This document shows, piece by piece, positions 18,919 through 29,216 of a stretch of 64,000 nucleotides of DNA; within the stretch, counting starts at the first letter, position 1; the number at the start of each line of letters is the position of its first letter. Position numbers and translations under genes: made by a program. Under the pieces are notes generated by a model. The model made no database searches. It saw nothing but the letters and a program-made list of their open reading frames with translations, and was not told where the DNA came from. Source of the DNA: Candidatus Latescibacterota bacterium (GTDB taxonomy: Bacteria > Latescibacterota > UBA2968 > UBA8231); NCBI GenBank assembly GCA_963422735.1, contig OY730476.1, forward strand, positions 4,160,001-4,224,000. Direction: 5' to 3'.

Positions 18919-19521
18919 TTATCGTGGATCGGTTCCAACTTTTAGGTCGCCGGCCGCGATCCGTGCGAGGGTCGCCGCGTAGAGCCGGTGTTCCACCGCT
19001 AGGACCCGCTTCTGCAACGCCTCGGGTGTATCCCCTGCTTCCACCGGAACCTTCTCCTGCGCCAGCACTCGCCCTTGGTCGTATTCTTTTTCTACTAGGT
19101 GTATCGTCGTCCCGCTCTCTCGCTCCCCGGCGGCCAACACGGCCTCGTGTACTCGCATCCCGTACATGCCCCGCCCGCCGAACTTGGGCAACAGGGAGGG
19201 GTGGATATTCAAAATCCGCCCCTCATAGGCCGCCAGTACCTCCGCCCCCAGCTTTTTCATGTAGCCGGCCAGACAAATCACTTCTACCCCGTGCCACCGC
19301 ATCGCCGCCAGAATCGCTCCCCCTAGCGCCTCTCCGTGCGTCTGCGCGCTCAGGTGGTACGCCGCAATGTTTGCCCTCCGCGCCCGCACCAGCGCCCCCG
19401 ACTGCGAGTTGTTGCTAATCGCCACGCACGGCTCGGCCGCTAGCGTTCCCGCTCTACAGGCATCGATGATAGCCTGCATATTCGACCCAGTGTGCGAGGC
19501 GAGAAATCCCAGTTTTAGCAT
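18919..19521 (-). CDS. purN: Phosphoribosylglycinamide formyltransferase
   Basis: SHTGSNMQAI, LAGYMK, ILNIHPSLLPKFGG and SGTTIHLV..YDQG. Confidence 0.95.
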   Translation of the reverse strand: MLKLGFLASHTGSNMQAIIDACRAGTLAAEPCVAISNNSQSGALVRARRANIAAYHLSAQTHGEALGGAILAAMRWHGVEVICLAGYMKKLGAEVLAAYEGRILNIHPSLLPKFGGRGMYGMRVHEAVLAAGERESGTTIHLVEKEYDQGRVLAQEKVPVEAGDTPEALQKRVLAVEHRLYAATLARIAAGDLKVGTDPR

Positions 19522-19869
19522 CTAGAGAATGTCCAGGACTCGCTCCGGTGGTCGCCCAATGCGCGCTTGGCTTCCTTTGACCACGATCGGCCGCTCGATC
19601 AGGATAGGGTATTCCACCATCGCCTGAATGAGCTGTGCCCGGTCCGTCACCTTGGCCAACCCCAGCGCTTGGTATTCGTCCTCTTGGGTACGCATTAGTT
19701 CCCGGGGTTCCAGTCCCAGTTTTTGCAAAAGATCGTCTAGAGTCTCGGCATCCGGCGGCGTCTGTAGGTACTCGACGACGTCCGCCTCCACGCCTTGCTC
19801 GGCCAACAAAGCCAACGTCTGCCGACTTTTCGAGCATCGCGGGTTGTGGTACATCGTTACTTCGGCCAT
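19522..19869 (-). CDS. arsC: Arsenate reductase (glutaredoxin-type ArsC family)
   Basis: YHNPRCSKSR...LIERPIVV..ARIGRPPE. Confidence 0.92.
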   Translation of the reverse strand: MAEVTMYHNPRCSKSRQTLALLAEQGVEADVVEYLQTPPDAETLDDLLQKLGLEPRELMRTQEDEYQALGLAKVTDRAQLIQAMVEYPILIERPIVVKGSQARIGRPPERVLDIL

Positions 19870-19930
19870 TTTCTACCCCTGTTGAATGTTTGGTTTGATT
19901 GCCACCCGCAAAAATTAATACCTTGCTCTC

Positions 19931-20743
19931 ATGCCTACAATAAACCGATCGATCAGCCCGGCGACGCCAGCCGACGCCGAATTCTACCAGCAAAACGGCT
20001 ATATCCGCTACGAGCGATTCTTCTCCGCAGAGGAGATAGCCCCGCTGCGCCAAGCCATTGACCACGCCATCGCCACGCATCGCGCCCGCATCAAAGGGGC
20101 CGAGCGGGATGGCCGCGTCTCGGAAGACTACGAGCGCGTCTTCAATCAGATGGTCAACCTCTGGACCGACTACCCGGCCGCCAAGGAAGTCGCCTTCCAT
20201 CCGCGCTTGGCCGAGACCGCCCGCCGCTTGAGCGGCTGCCGCCACGTGCGCATGTACCACGATCACGCAATGATCAAGCCCCCCGGCCAAAAGAGCAAGG
20301 AAACGAATTGGCACCAGGACGCTCCCTATTGGCCCATGGACCCGGTCGGCGCGCTATCGGCGTGGATCGCGGTGGACGACGTGACCGCGGACAACGGCTG
20401 CCTCCACTTTGTGCCCGGGTCTCACCAGTACGAGCGGCTCGAACCGATCAAACTCGGCGTTGCTGGCGATAGTATCGTCGCCAAAATGAAGGAACGGGGC
20501 TACGATGTGCCCGAGCCGGTGACCATGGGTATGAAAGCCGGCGGCGTTACCTTCCACCACGGCTGCACCTTCCACTACGCCGGTCCCAATCAGACCGCTG
20601 CGCCGCGCCGTGCGTTCGCCATTATCTACATGCCCGATTACACCACGTTTACCGGGACCCACGACGCGGCTGGCGCGGCCGACGAAATGGAGGCCGGCGG
20701 CCCTTGGGACCATCCGCTGCACCCCATTCTGGCGGACGATTGA
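19931..20743 (+). CDS. Phytanoyl-CoA dioxygenase (PhyH) family protein
   Basis: FYQQNGY, WHQD, NGCLHFVPGSH and distal His (TFHYAGPN). Confidence 0.92.
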   Translation: MPTINRSISPATPADAEFYQQNGYIRYERFFSAEEIAPLRQAIDHAIATHRARIKGAERDGRVSEDYERVFNQMVNLWTDYPAAKEVAFHPRLAETARRLSGCRHVRMYHDHAMIKPPGQKSKETNWHQDAPYWPMDPVGALSAWIAVDDVTADNGCLHFVPGSHQYERLEPIKLGVAGDSIVAKMKERGYDVPEPVTMGMKAGGVTFHHGCTFHYAGPNQTAAPRRAFAIIYMPDYTTFTGTHDAAGAADEMEAGGPWDHPLHPILADD

Positions 20744-20791
20744 GGAGACTACCGCGCCGACGGATTTGACGGCAAGGGTCCGATCGCCTGT

Positions 20792-21649
20792 TCACCCTTC
20801 CTCCAAACGCAACATTACCGTGTCGATAAAACCGCCCTCCACATGGCGCGAGGCCAATGCAGCAGCGCGCTGAGCAGCCGTAGCAATTCCCACCCCTCGG
20901 TGCAGACGATGCGCCAAATACGCGGCGAAAAACACATCTCCAGCCCCTGTTGGATCAGCCACCGTCGCTACCGGAGCCGACGCAAACTTCGTCCGCGGCC
21001 CCTTCCGACTTGCCACCCAGCCGCCGTGTGAGCCTTCGGTGACGACCCACTCTGTTACCGAGCAATCGCGCATCAACTGTTCCAGCGTCAGGCGGCAATC
21101 GGCGAGCACGAGTCCTAATTCGGTACTATCAGCTTTGACACAGTCCGCGCGTTGCAGGGCGGCATACAGACTGCCATCAACCCCTTGGTACACCTGCGTC
21201 CCCTCAATCCGCCGCACATAGCCTTGGATGTCCAAGCTCACCTGAAAGCCAGCCCCGATTGCCGCTAACACTTCGGGGCCAATATCGTTAGGGTGTAGCG
21301 GCCCCAAATGCACGTGCTCCACGCCGGTGAGCACCGGCCCGAGTTGCGCTGCGGCAATCGGCGCGGCACAAGCAAGCAACTCCTGACGCCGAGTATCGCC
21401 ATCGACGTAGTTGACAAAACAGGTCGTCGCCGCGCTCTCACCCGCATAGACTTCAATACCCCGTTGCTGCAACATCGCCAGCATCGCTTGGTCAGCCGCA
21501 GCAACGTTGGTCAACACCCGCGTCTCCACGCCCAGCTCGGCAAAAGTCAGCCCAGCATACGCGACCACCCCCCCGCGCTTGTACGCGCCTACGCCGCCCT
21601 GCATCACGCGATCAATCGTTGCCGAGCCAATGACTGCCACTGTGCCCAT
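20792..21649 (-). CDS. PfkB family carbohydrate kinase
   Basis: GGVVAYAG near the N-terminus and DPTGAGDVF. Confidence 0.88.
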   Translation of the reverse strand: MGTVAVIGSATIDRVMQGGVGAYKRGGVVAYAGLTFAELGVETRVLTNVAAADQAMLAMLQQRGIEVYAGESAATTCFVNYVDGDTRRQELLACAAPIAAAQLGPVLTGVEHVHLGPLHPNDIGPEVLAAIGAGFQVSLDIQGYVRRIEGTQVYQGVDGSLYAALQRADCVKADSTELGLVLADCRLTLEQLMRDCSVTEWVVTEGSHGGWVASRKGPRTKFASAPVATVADPTGAGDVFFAAYLAHRLHRGVGIATAAQRAAALASRHVEGGFIDTVMLRLEEG

Positions 21650-21880
21650 ATCAGACTCTATTAGGTCGGCGGCTCAAAAGAGCACATCGGGCTGTAATCC
21701 ATTGTGTCGTCATATACAATCCCTTTGGCTGCGGCCACGTCACCTTGGGCCGCTGTTTATTTTTGCTAGGCCGCGTCATCGCTCGAGACTTGCCGCACAG
21801 TGGCGCGACTGGAACGCAGGGAGCCCATAAGCGGTCGTTGTCTTCGACTATGTCTGTGAACAAAAGCAAAGGAGCTTTCC

Positions 21881-22417
21881 ATGCCGCCCCGAATGGCGCA
21901 CTGTTGATGAACTGTTGGCTGGGAGGATTTTGCCGCGCTACCCGGCAAAGGGCAACCCCTCGACCTGAGTGCTTACTTTGCCAGCGGCCCCGAACACCGC
22001 ATCGCCGGCAAGCCGCTCAAGGACAACGTGGTTTTGCCCCAAGCCTTGCAGGACCGCCGCGCCGCCGAACAACTCGCACCCAAGCTAGCCAAACTCTAGC
22101 GACGCAAAAGGACTACCTGTCGGCGTTAAAGGCCAAAAGTTGTGCCCAAGCTCCGGGCTTGTGCCGCTTCTTCCCCGACCGCCTTCGGCCTACCGACTTA
22201 GCCCGAATATTTCTCTGAACCAGTGGATGCGCCTTTGCCTGACCGCCGTGCCTTTCTCGACGGTGCCAGACACTACAACCGCCGCCATCGCCGAGTACCT
22301 AGCCTCCCGGTGCCGAGCCAACGCTTGCGTCGAGTGCCTCAACCAACAAGTGGCCTTCTCGCGGCCCTTACCCGCCATTACAAGGCGGCGCGTCCCTCGC
22401 TCTGGTGGCGGCTTTAA
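21881..22417 (+). pseudogene. Degraded DUF1992 (DnaJ-C28-like domain) gene
   Basis: From 21923: EDFAALPGKGQPLDLSAYFASGPEHRIAGKPLKDNVVLPQ, with frameshifts on both sides. Boundaries are approximate. Confidence 0.55.
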
Positions 22418-23229
22418 AAAAACAGCCGCATGGCCGTCTCGCCCAACACCTGCTCCTGCTCCGCCTCGCTCAGCCCCAATTCCTCGGCGAACACCGCCAG
22501 GTGCTGGGCGTAGGTCGCTTTTTCCAACCAGTGCTCGCACGGGAAGTCCGATCCCCAGATACAGCGCTCGGGGCCAAAGGCTGCGAGCAGGTGGTGCAGT
22601 TGCGGGTGCGTATCGGCGAAGGGGTACTCCTGCTGCGAGCTAGTCACCGCAAAGGTGAGTTTGGCGTGGAGTTGGTCAAATCGCGCCAAGGCCGCTGCTT
22701 GGCGCACTGCCGCGTCCTCAATCCCGTTAGCCGCCACCGGATAGGCGCAGTGGTCCAGCACCACCGGGACGTGGGGGAACCGCCCCAACAAAGCTGCCAA
22801 CTCGCCGAGTTGTTCCTGGCGCAAATGGGCACAGATTACCGCGCCGACTTCGCCAGCCCGATGCCAGAGCCGATCGGCCCCAGGCTGGTCGTATCCCGCA
22901 GGCGCGGCTTCGACACGGACTCCCTTGACGTTGTATTCGGTCACCAGCCGCTCCAGCTCGGCGGGGCTATCGTCCCCGGCTGGGTCCAACGTGCAGACCC
23001 CAACCGTCCAGTCGGCATTGGCCCGGGCCGTATCGGCCAACAACCGATTGTCCCAGCGATAGGCCGACCCCGTTTGGATCAGCACCACGCGCCCGACGCC
23101 ATTGGCTTGGATCTCGCGCCGTATATGTTCGATGGACCCCACGCCCGGCGACGGCCGGAAGGGGCCCTCTTTCATAGGGTATCGCGCCTCGTCCTCGTGG
23201 TAAATATGCGCGTGTGTATCGACGATCAT
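22414..23229 (-). CDS. Amidohydrolase family protein
   Basis: IVDTHAH, VVLDHC and CIWGSDFP. Confidence 0.9.
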   Translation of the reverse strand: MIVDTHAHIYHEDEARYPMKEGPFRPSPGVGSIEHIRREIQANGVGRVVLIQTGSAYRWDNRLLADTARANADWTVGVCTLDPAGDDSPAELERLVTEYNVKGVRVEAAPAGYDQPGADRLWHRAGEVGAVICAHLRQEQLGELAALLGRFPHVPVVLDHCAYPVAANGIEDAAVRQAAALARFDQLHAKLTFAVTSSQQEYPFADTHPQLHHLLAAFGPERCIWGSDFPCEHWLEKATYAQHLAVFAEELGLSEAEQEQVLGETAMRLFF

Positions 23230-23326
23230 CGCCGGCTCCTTTCCGTAGTCTATTCAAGTGAAAATAGTGGAAATAAAGAAGAAACAGATAGCTCAAAACT
23301 TGCCCGAATCCAGCCGCTAGGTACAC

Positions 23327-23577
23327 TTAGTGGTTAGTGATTAGTGGCCAGTGGCCAGTTCCACCCCCCGGCCCATAGGTGCGGGAAACGGGTCGCTGAC
23401 CGTGGTTAGTGATTAGTGGCCAGTGGCCAGTTCCACCCCCCGGCCCATAGGTGCGGGAAACGGGTCGCTGACCGTGGTTAGTGGTTAGTGGCCAGTGGCC
23501 AGTTCCACCTCCCGGCCCATAGGTGCGGGAAACCGATCACTAATCACTGATCACTGATCACTAATCACTGACCACTA
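23327..23577. repeat. Three 72-bp tandem units built from heptamers, closed by an inverted heptamer tract
   Basis: Units start at 23330, 23402 and 23474; the (TRATCAC)n tract at about 23534-23577 is complementary to the (TAGTGRY/CAGTGGC)n heads. Confidence 0.92.
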
Positions 23578-23590
23578 TCCTGCATAATCC

Positions 23591-24502
23591 ATGCGTTTAT
23601 ATCTAAAGCGGGTCTCGATCGCCTTGCTGCTTTTGGCACCGGTGCTGTGCGGTGCCTTCGCCCTGACATCGCATCCCGTGGAGCCACATCCCTACTTTGC
23701 ATCGGGGGACGTCTTGGTCATTGCCCATCGAGGTGGCAAGGGGCTGGCACCGGAAAACACATTGGTGGCCTTTGTTCGCTCGGCCGCATTGGGGGTTGAT
23801 GTGCTAGAGATGGACTTGCGCCAAAGCAGCGACGGCGCGCTCATTGTCCTGCACGACCGACGCGTTGACCGCACGACCAACGGCCAAGGCGCAGCCGATA
23901 GCTTGCGCCTCGCCCAATTGAAACAGTTAGACGCCGGCTACCGTTTCAGTCCAGACGGCCAAACCTTTCCCTATCGCGGCCAAGGGATCGCAATCCCCAC
24001 CCTAGACGAGGTATTTACAGCCTTTCCCAACATGCGCTTTCTCATCGAAATCAAAGACGACTCCGATGCGCTAGTACGCGACTTCTGCCGCACGATCCGG
24101 CGCTTCGAACTAAGCGAGCGTGTCATCGCCGCATCGTTCCGCAGCCGTCCCTTAGCGAGCTTGCGCCAGACTTGCCCCGAAGTAGCGACTTCGGCTTCTT
24201 CATCAGCAGGAATGTCCTTTGTCTTTCTCCACTGGCTGAGGCTTGACGCGGCTTATCACCCCACCAGCCAAGCCTTTCAGTTTCCGACCCACTTCGGCGA
24301 GATCGACCTGATAGACCGGCGCTTCGTCGCCCGCGCCCACGCCCACAACATTCAAGTCCACGTCTGGACCGTCAACGATCCCAACGCCATGCAGCACTAC
24401 CTAGACCTAGGCGTTGATGGCTTAATCACCGACTATCCCGACCGCCTACTACGCACCCTGAACCGCCAGCCCGCAGAGGAGGCACCATGGGCGACACAGT
24501 AG
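23591..24502 (+). CDS. Glycerophosphodiester phosphodiesterase
   Basis: IAHRGG..APENTL, LEMDL, LHD, IEIK, WTVND and GVDGLITDYP; N-terminal signal/anchor. Confidence 0.93.
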   Translation: MRLYLKRVSIALLLLAPVLCGAFALTSHPVEPHPYFASGDVLVIAHRGGKGLAPENTLVAFVRSAALGVDVLEMDLRQSSDGALIVLHDRRVDRTTNGQGAADSLRLAQLKQLDAGYRFSPDGQTFPYRGQGIAIPTLDEVFTAFPNMRFLIEIKDDSDALVRDFCRTIRRFELSERVIAASFRSRPLASLRQTCPEVATSASSSAGMSFVFLHWLRLDAAYHPTSQAFQFPTHFGEIDLIDRRFVARAHAHNIQVHVWTVNDPNAMQHYLDLGVDGLITDYPDRLLRTLNRQPAEEAPWATQ

Positions 24503-25176
24503 CCCTGAACGTACAACACCTGACCAAAACCTACGGCAGCGGGCCAAATGCCCTGACGGTCCTCGCCGATGTGAGCTTCGCCCTTGCGGCTGGTGCCACC
24601 TGCGCGGTTGTCGGCCCCTCGGGCAGCGGCAAAACTACGCTGCTGGGATTGTGCGCCGGGCTAGATCGCGCCAGCTCGGGATCGGTCGCGCTCGACGGCG
24701 TGGATTTAGGCGGTCTCGACGAGGACCAGCGCGCTCATCTCCGCAGCGAAAAGGTTGGCTTTGTCTTCCAAAACTTCCAGCTCATCCCCACCCTCAGTGC
24801 TCTCGAAAACGCCATGGTGCCGCTCGAATTGCGCCGCGAGCCAAACGCCCGCGAGTGCGCCGTTGATCTCCTCGACCGGGTCGGCTTGGGCGATCGGCTG
24901 CACCACTACCCAGCGCAGCTTTCGGGGGGCGAGCAACAGCGCGTGGCGCTCGCGCGGGCCTTTATCAACCGCCCCGCGCTCCTCTTTGCCGATGAACCTA
25001 CCGGCAACCTCGACGACGACACCAGCGGCAAAGTGCAGGACCTGCTTTTCAGCCTCAACGAGGAGTCCGGTGCCACTCTAATTTTGGTCACCCACGATCT
25101 GACGCTGGCCCGCCTCACCCAGCGAATCATCCGCCTGCAAGGTGGCCGGGTAGCCGACGATCAGCTAGGCAGATGA
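24487..25176 (+). CDS. ABC transporter ATP-binding protein (YbbA/LolD-like)
   Basis: GPSGSGKTT, LSGGEQQRVALARAF and FADEPTGNLD. Confidence 0.93.
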   Translation: MGDTVALNVQHLTKTYGSGPNALTVLADVSFALAAGATCAVVGPSGSGKTTLLGLCAGLDRASSGSVALDGVDLGGLDEDQRAHLRSEKVGFVFQNFQLIPTLSALENAMVPLELRREPNARECAVDLLDRVGLGDRLHHYPAQLSGGEQQRVALARAFINRPALLFADEPTGNLDDDTSGKVQDLLFSLNEESGATLILVTHDLTLARLTQRIIRLQGGRVADDQLGR

Positions 25177-27701
25177 TGATCTGGCTCGGCAAAATGGCTT
25201 GGCGCGACAGCCGCAGCCACCGCGGCAAACTGCTGCTTTTTATCTCTTCTATTTCCATCGGCATCGGTGCGCTCGTCGGCTTGGGCAGCCTCAGCTTTGC
25301 GCTACAAGGAGCAATGGACCAACAAGCCGCTGCGCTCTTGGGAGCCGATATGGCGCTAGTGAGCCGCCAGCCCTTCACGCCCGCCACCGAAGCACTCATC
25401 GACTCGCTCGGCGGAGTTCAGGCGCGCCAAGTTGCTTTCAATTCCATGATTTACCTGCCCAAGACCCAGAGCACCCGCCTCGCCCAGATCCGCGCCCTCA
25501 CCGGTCCTTTCCCCTTTTACGGCGAGCTAAAAACGGCACCGGCCGAGGCCGCACGCAGCTTCCGCATTCAGCCGCAAGCCCTCGTTGACGAGGCACTCAT
25601 GTTGCAGTTTGGGGCTGCGGTCGGCGATTCGATCGAGATCGGTGACACTATCTTCCGCATCGGTGGTCGGCTCCTGCGCGTCCCCGGCGAGAACAGCCTC
25701 TTCAGCGACATCCAGCCGCGCATCTATATCTCAATGTCCTACCTCGACCGCACCCGCCTGATCCAACGAGGCAGCCGGGTCACCTACACCGCCTTCTTCC
25801 GCTTCGCCGAGCGGGATGTCCAAGCGCTAGCCAAGTCCATCCGCCCGCACATCCGAGGCGACCGCCTCCGGCTCGAAACCATTGCCAGCCGCAAGGCGCG
25901 GCTCGGCCGCACCCTAACCAACCTCTACCGCTTCTTAAACCTCGGCAGCTTTATCGCTCTCCTGCTCGGCGGCGTGGGCGTGGCCAGCGCCATCCACACC
26001 TATACCAAGCAGAAATTGCCTACCGTCGCCGTGCTGCGCAGTCTTGGTGTCCCTGCCCGTCAGACCGTCTTGATCTATCTAATCCAAACCGGAGCCATGG
26101 GCTTGGTCGGCTCGCTCGCCGGTGCCCTGTTCGGGGTTGGGGTCCTCTACCTGCTTCCCAATGTCCTCGCCGACGTGCTGCCCCTACAGGTCGAGCCGCG
26201 CTTTGATCCCCTCGCCGTATTGGAGGGCCTCGGCCTCGGCGTCGGCCTGTCGCTGCTGTTTGCCGCTCGGCCGCTGCTGGCCATTGGCAAGACCTCGCCG
26301 CTTTTGACGCTGCGTGCCTCCTTTGAAGACGCTCAACCGGCCGACAGTAGCCTGCTGCGCTGGGCTTTGTACTTGGGAATAGTCCTGACGACCGCGATTT
26401 TTGCCTACAGACTCACCGGCGTCTGGTCGTTGGCCCTTGGCTTTGTCGGCGGGGTTGGAGCCGCCTTCGCGCTCTTGATCCTTACGGCTCGCTCAATCAT
26501 CTACGGCACTCGGCGGTTTTTTCCCGCCTCTTGGAGCTATATCTGGCGTCAGGGGCTAGCCAACCTCTACCGGCCCAACAACCAGACTACGCTGCTAATG
26601 TTAGGCCTCGGGCTGGGAACCTTCTTGCTCAGCACCCTTTTCCTGACCCAGACCAACCTGCTGTCCCACATCAAAAGCGTCGGCTCCGACCAAAATCCCA
26701 ATGTCGTGCTCTTCGACATTCAAACCGACCAGCGCCAGGAGCTAAACGACCTTGTCGCGGGGATGGATCTGCCGCTCTTGCAACAGATGCCCATCGTCAC
26801 CATGCACATCCACAGCGTCAAAGGCCAACCCGCCCGCGCCATGCTCCGCGATACCACCACTAGCAACCGGCGGCGCGGCAATTGGGCCTTTCGGCACGAG
26901 TACCGCGCGACCTATCGCGATTTTCTCACTGAGACCGAAGAGATCGTCGCCGGCACGTGGCGCAGCCAACCTGCGGGCGATACCCTCTACGTCTCCTTGG
27001 AAACAGGCGTCGCCTCCTCTTTGGGCGTTGGCGTCGGCGACTCGTTGACCTTTGACGTCCAAGGGGTGCCTATCGAAGTGGTCGTCGGCAGTCTGCGCCG
27101 CGTCAATTGGCAGCGGATCATGCCCAACTTTTTGGCGGTCTTCCCCCCCGGCATTCTCGAACCTGCGCCACAATCCCACGTCCTCGTCACGCGCGCCGCC
27201 ACGACCGAGCAAATGGCCGCCCTGCAGCGGGCCATCGTGCGCCGGTTCCCCAACGTTGCGGTCATCGATCTTGGCAGCATCCTTAGCACGGTCGATGCCA
27301 TCCTCGACAAGGTTTCGCTGATGGTCCGCTTTATGGCCTTTTTCAGCGTCTCTGTTGGCCTGATCGTGCTCGTCGGCGTAATCGCCAGCAGCCGCTACCA
27401 ACGCATTGAGGAAAGCGTCTTGCTCAAGACCTTGGGGGCTAGTCGCCGCCAAGTGGGAGCAATCATGGCACTCGAATACCTGTTTTTGGGAGCCTTTGCT
27501 GCGGCGACGGGAGTGATCTTGTCGCTGGGGGGCGTCTGGGCCTTGAGCCGCTATCTTTTTGAGATCGGCTTCGCGCCCAACTACCTGCCCGTGCTCCTCG
27601 CCTTTGCGGCGGTGAGTTTGCTAACGGTCGCCGTCGGCATGATCTCCGGTCGCGGCGTCCATACCAGCCCACCGCTGGAAGTTTTGCGCTCGCTCGGTTA
27701 G
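25173..27701 (+). CDS. ABC transporter permease (YbbP/FtsX-like, duplicated)
   Basis: MAWRDSR start, LLGADM, FDIQTDQ and LLKTLGASRRQ; two FtsX-like halves. Confidence 0.9.
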   Translation: MMIWLGKMAWRDSRSHRGKLLLFISSISIGIGALVGLGSLSFALQGAMDQQAAALLGADMALVSRQPFTPATEALIDSLGGVQARQVAFNSMIYLPKTQSTRLAQIRALTGPFPFYGELKTAPAEAARSFRIQPQALVDEALMLQFGAAVGDSIEIGDTIFRIGGRLLRVPGENSLFSDIQPRIYISMSYLDRTRLIQRGSRVTYTAFFRFAERDVQALAKSIRPHIRGDRLRLETIASRKARLGRTLTNLYRFLNLGSFIALLLGGVGVASAIHTYTKQKLPTVAVLRSLGVPARQTVLIYLIQTGAMGLVGSLAGALFGVGVLYLLPNVLADVLPLQVEPRFDPLAVLEGLGLGVGLSLLFAARPLLAIGKTSPLLTLRASFEDAQPADSSLLRWALYLGIVLTTAIFAYRLTGVWSLALGFVGGVGAAFALLILTARSIIYGTRRFFPASWSYIWRQGLANLYRPNNQTTLLMLGLGLGTFLLSTLFLTQTNLLSHIKSVGSDQNPNVVLFDIQTDQRQELNDLVAGMDLPLLQQMPIVTMHIHSVKGQPARAMLRDTTTSNRRRGNWAFRHEYRATYRDFLTETEEIVAGTWRSQPAGDTLYVSLETGVASSLGVGVGDSLTFDVQGVPIEVVVGSLRRVNWQRIMPNFLAVFPPGILEPAPQSHVLVTRAATTEQMAALQRAIVRRFPNVAVIDLGSILSTVDAILDKVSLMVRFMAFFSVSVGLIVLVGVIASSRYQRIEESVLLKTLGASRRQVGAIMALEYLFLGAFAAATGVILSLGGVWALSRYLFEIGFAPNYLPVLLAFAAVSLLTVAVGMISGRGVHTSPPLEVLRSLG

Positions 27702-28327
27702 CGGCGCAGCTTCTCCAGCACCGGCCCCAGCGTCGCCCATACGGTCTCGGCGACGATCTGGTGGCCTTCGGCGTTGGGATGGTTGCCGTCGGGTAGGTTC
27801 AGTGCGGGTTGGTCACCCACGCCCTCTAGGAGGAAGGGGATCAAGGCCGCGTTGTTTTTTTTTGCCAACGCCGGGAAAATCGCTGCAAACGCCTCTGCGT
27901 ACTCCGCGCCCAAATTGGGCGGCATCTGCATCCCGGCGATGACCAAAGCGGCTTTGAGATTTTTCGCTTTCACCCGCTCGACGATTTGTTGTAGGTTGGC
28001 GTGAGTGTCTTTGGTATCCACGCCGCGCAGGCCGTCATTGGCTCCCAATTCGAGGACAAAGACGTCGATGGGGCGGCGTAAGAGCCAGTCAATGCGGCGC
28101 AGCCCACCGGCTGAGGTCTCGCCGCTAAGCCCGGCATTGAAGACTTCAAAGTTCCAGCCGAGCGAATCGATCCGCGCCTGCACCAAAGCCGGAAAAGCCT
28201 GTTCGCGGTCGAGGCCGTAGCCGGCGGTCAGGCTATCGCCAAAAAAGAGAATGACGCGGCTGGAGTCCGCCTCCTCGGCATAGACGCTGCCGCCGAGTAA
28301 TGCCAAAAACAACGCGATGTATTTCAC
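27698..28327 (-). CDS. tesA: Arylesterase/TesA-like SGNH hydrolase, secreted
   Basis: Signal peptide, FFGDSLTAGYG, NAGLSGETS, ELGANDGLRG and DGNHP; GTG start inferred. Confidence 0.88.
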   Translation of the reverse strand: MKYIALFLALLGGSVYAEEADSSRVILFFGDSLTAGYGLDREQAFPALVQARIDSLGWNFEVFNAGLSGETSAGGLRRIDWLLRRPIDVFVLELGANDGLRGVDTKDTHANLQQIVERVKAKNLKAALVIAGMQMPPNLGAEYAEAFAAIFPALAKKNNAALIPFLLEGVGDQPALNLPDGNHPNAEGHQIVAETVWATLGPVLEKLRR

Positions 28328-28365
28328 CTTGTGTTCTCTCTTAGTTTTGCTCGTGCGCCTCTTGA

Positions 28366-29118
28366 TTATTGAAGCGAAAAATCCGCTGCGCCCGCGCCGA
28401 TAGCTGGTCCATAATCTCCGCATCTCCACCGGCAGCGGATCGGCCGCCTGGTACTAGTAGCCCAAGGTCGGGAAGTGGCGGTGGTACACCAGCGACAGCA
28501 TGGTGCGGTTGGGCGTGGCCGGTGCCAGACGTGCATATCGCGCACCACAGTGGAGCCAGCCGGCATATTGGTGCGAGCTGACGGCAAGGTCAATGCCCGC
28601 TCTTCCAAGCCGCCCGCTCGCCCCATGTCTGCCGGGTCTATCGTGGCCTCGTGATCCGTGATCAGATGCGTGCCCGGCCACACCTGTGTGCTGCCGTTTT
28701 CCTCGGTAAAGTCCACCAACGGAATATTCACGACCATCATGTGCGGCGGCATGGCAATGGGCAAATCGAGGAAAAGATGCAGTTGGTCGCGGTGGATGAC
28801 CTGCGTCTTTGGCCAGTTGGGCACCGTGGCGTTGCAGTGATAGGGCAGCTTGGCCCAAAAATCCTCGCCGAGCATGACGTCTAGGATCTGCACGGCCCAA
28901 GGGTTTTCAATCGCCAGCGGATCAATACAGGGCAGACGCAACAAATCGCTCGATGCCCGGCCTTCCAAATGGCCGTCCCAAGCCTCGCGCATCATATCGC
29001 ACCACGCCCGATCCATGGTTTCCTCCAAAATGCCCGCTTTCGGCACTTGGCACACCGCCTCGGCCAAGGTGTCGGCGGCGAGGTGCTGCTGTTCAATTTC
29101 TTGTGGCGATAGTTTCAT
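28366..29118 (-). pseudogene. PhyH family dioxygenase, frameshifted near the 3' end
   Basis: IHRD and NGSTQVWPGTH..VWHR, then the frame shifts to TPNRTMLSLVYHRHF. Confidence 0.7.
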
Positions 29119-29216
29119 ACTCTGCCTTCTGTACCTCCAATTCTCGTGGATTGATAGAATATCTATATTAGCCCCATCCGCATCGCCGACCGCCTGAGCA
29201 TTTCCCCGGAGCCTGC

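Noticed and set aside
19522-19869. Arsenic resistance operon
   Set aside because: No arsR, arsB or acr3 nearby; the gene is simply adjacent to purN.
23330-23545. CRISPR array
   Set aside because: The units are near-identical along their whole length, there are no variable spacers and no cas genes are present.
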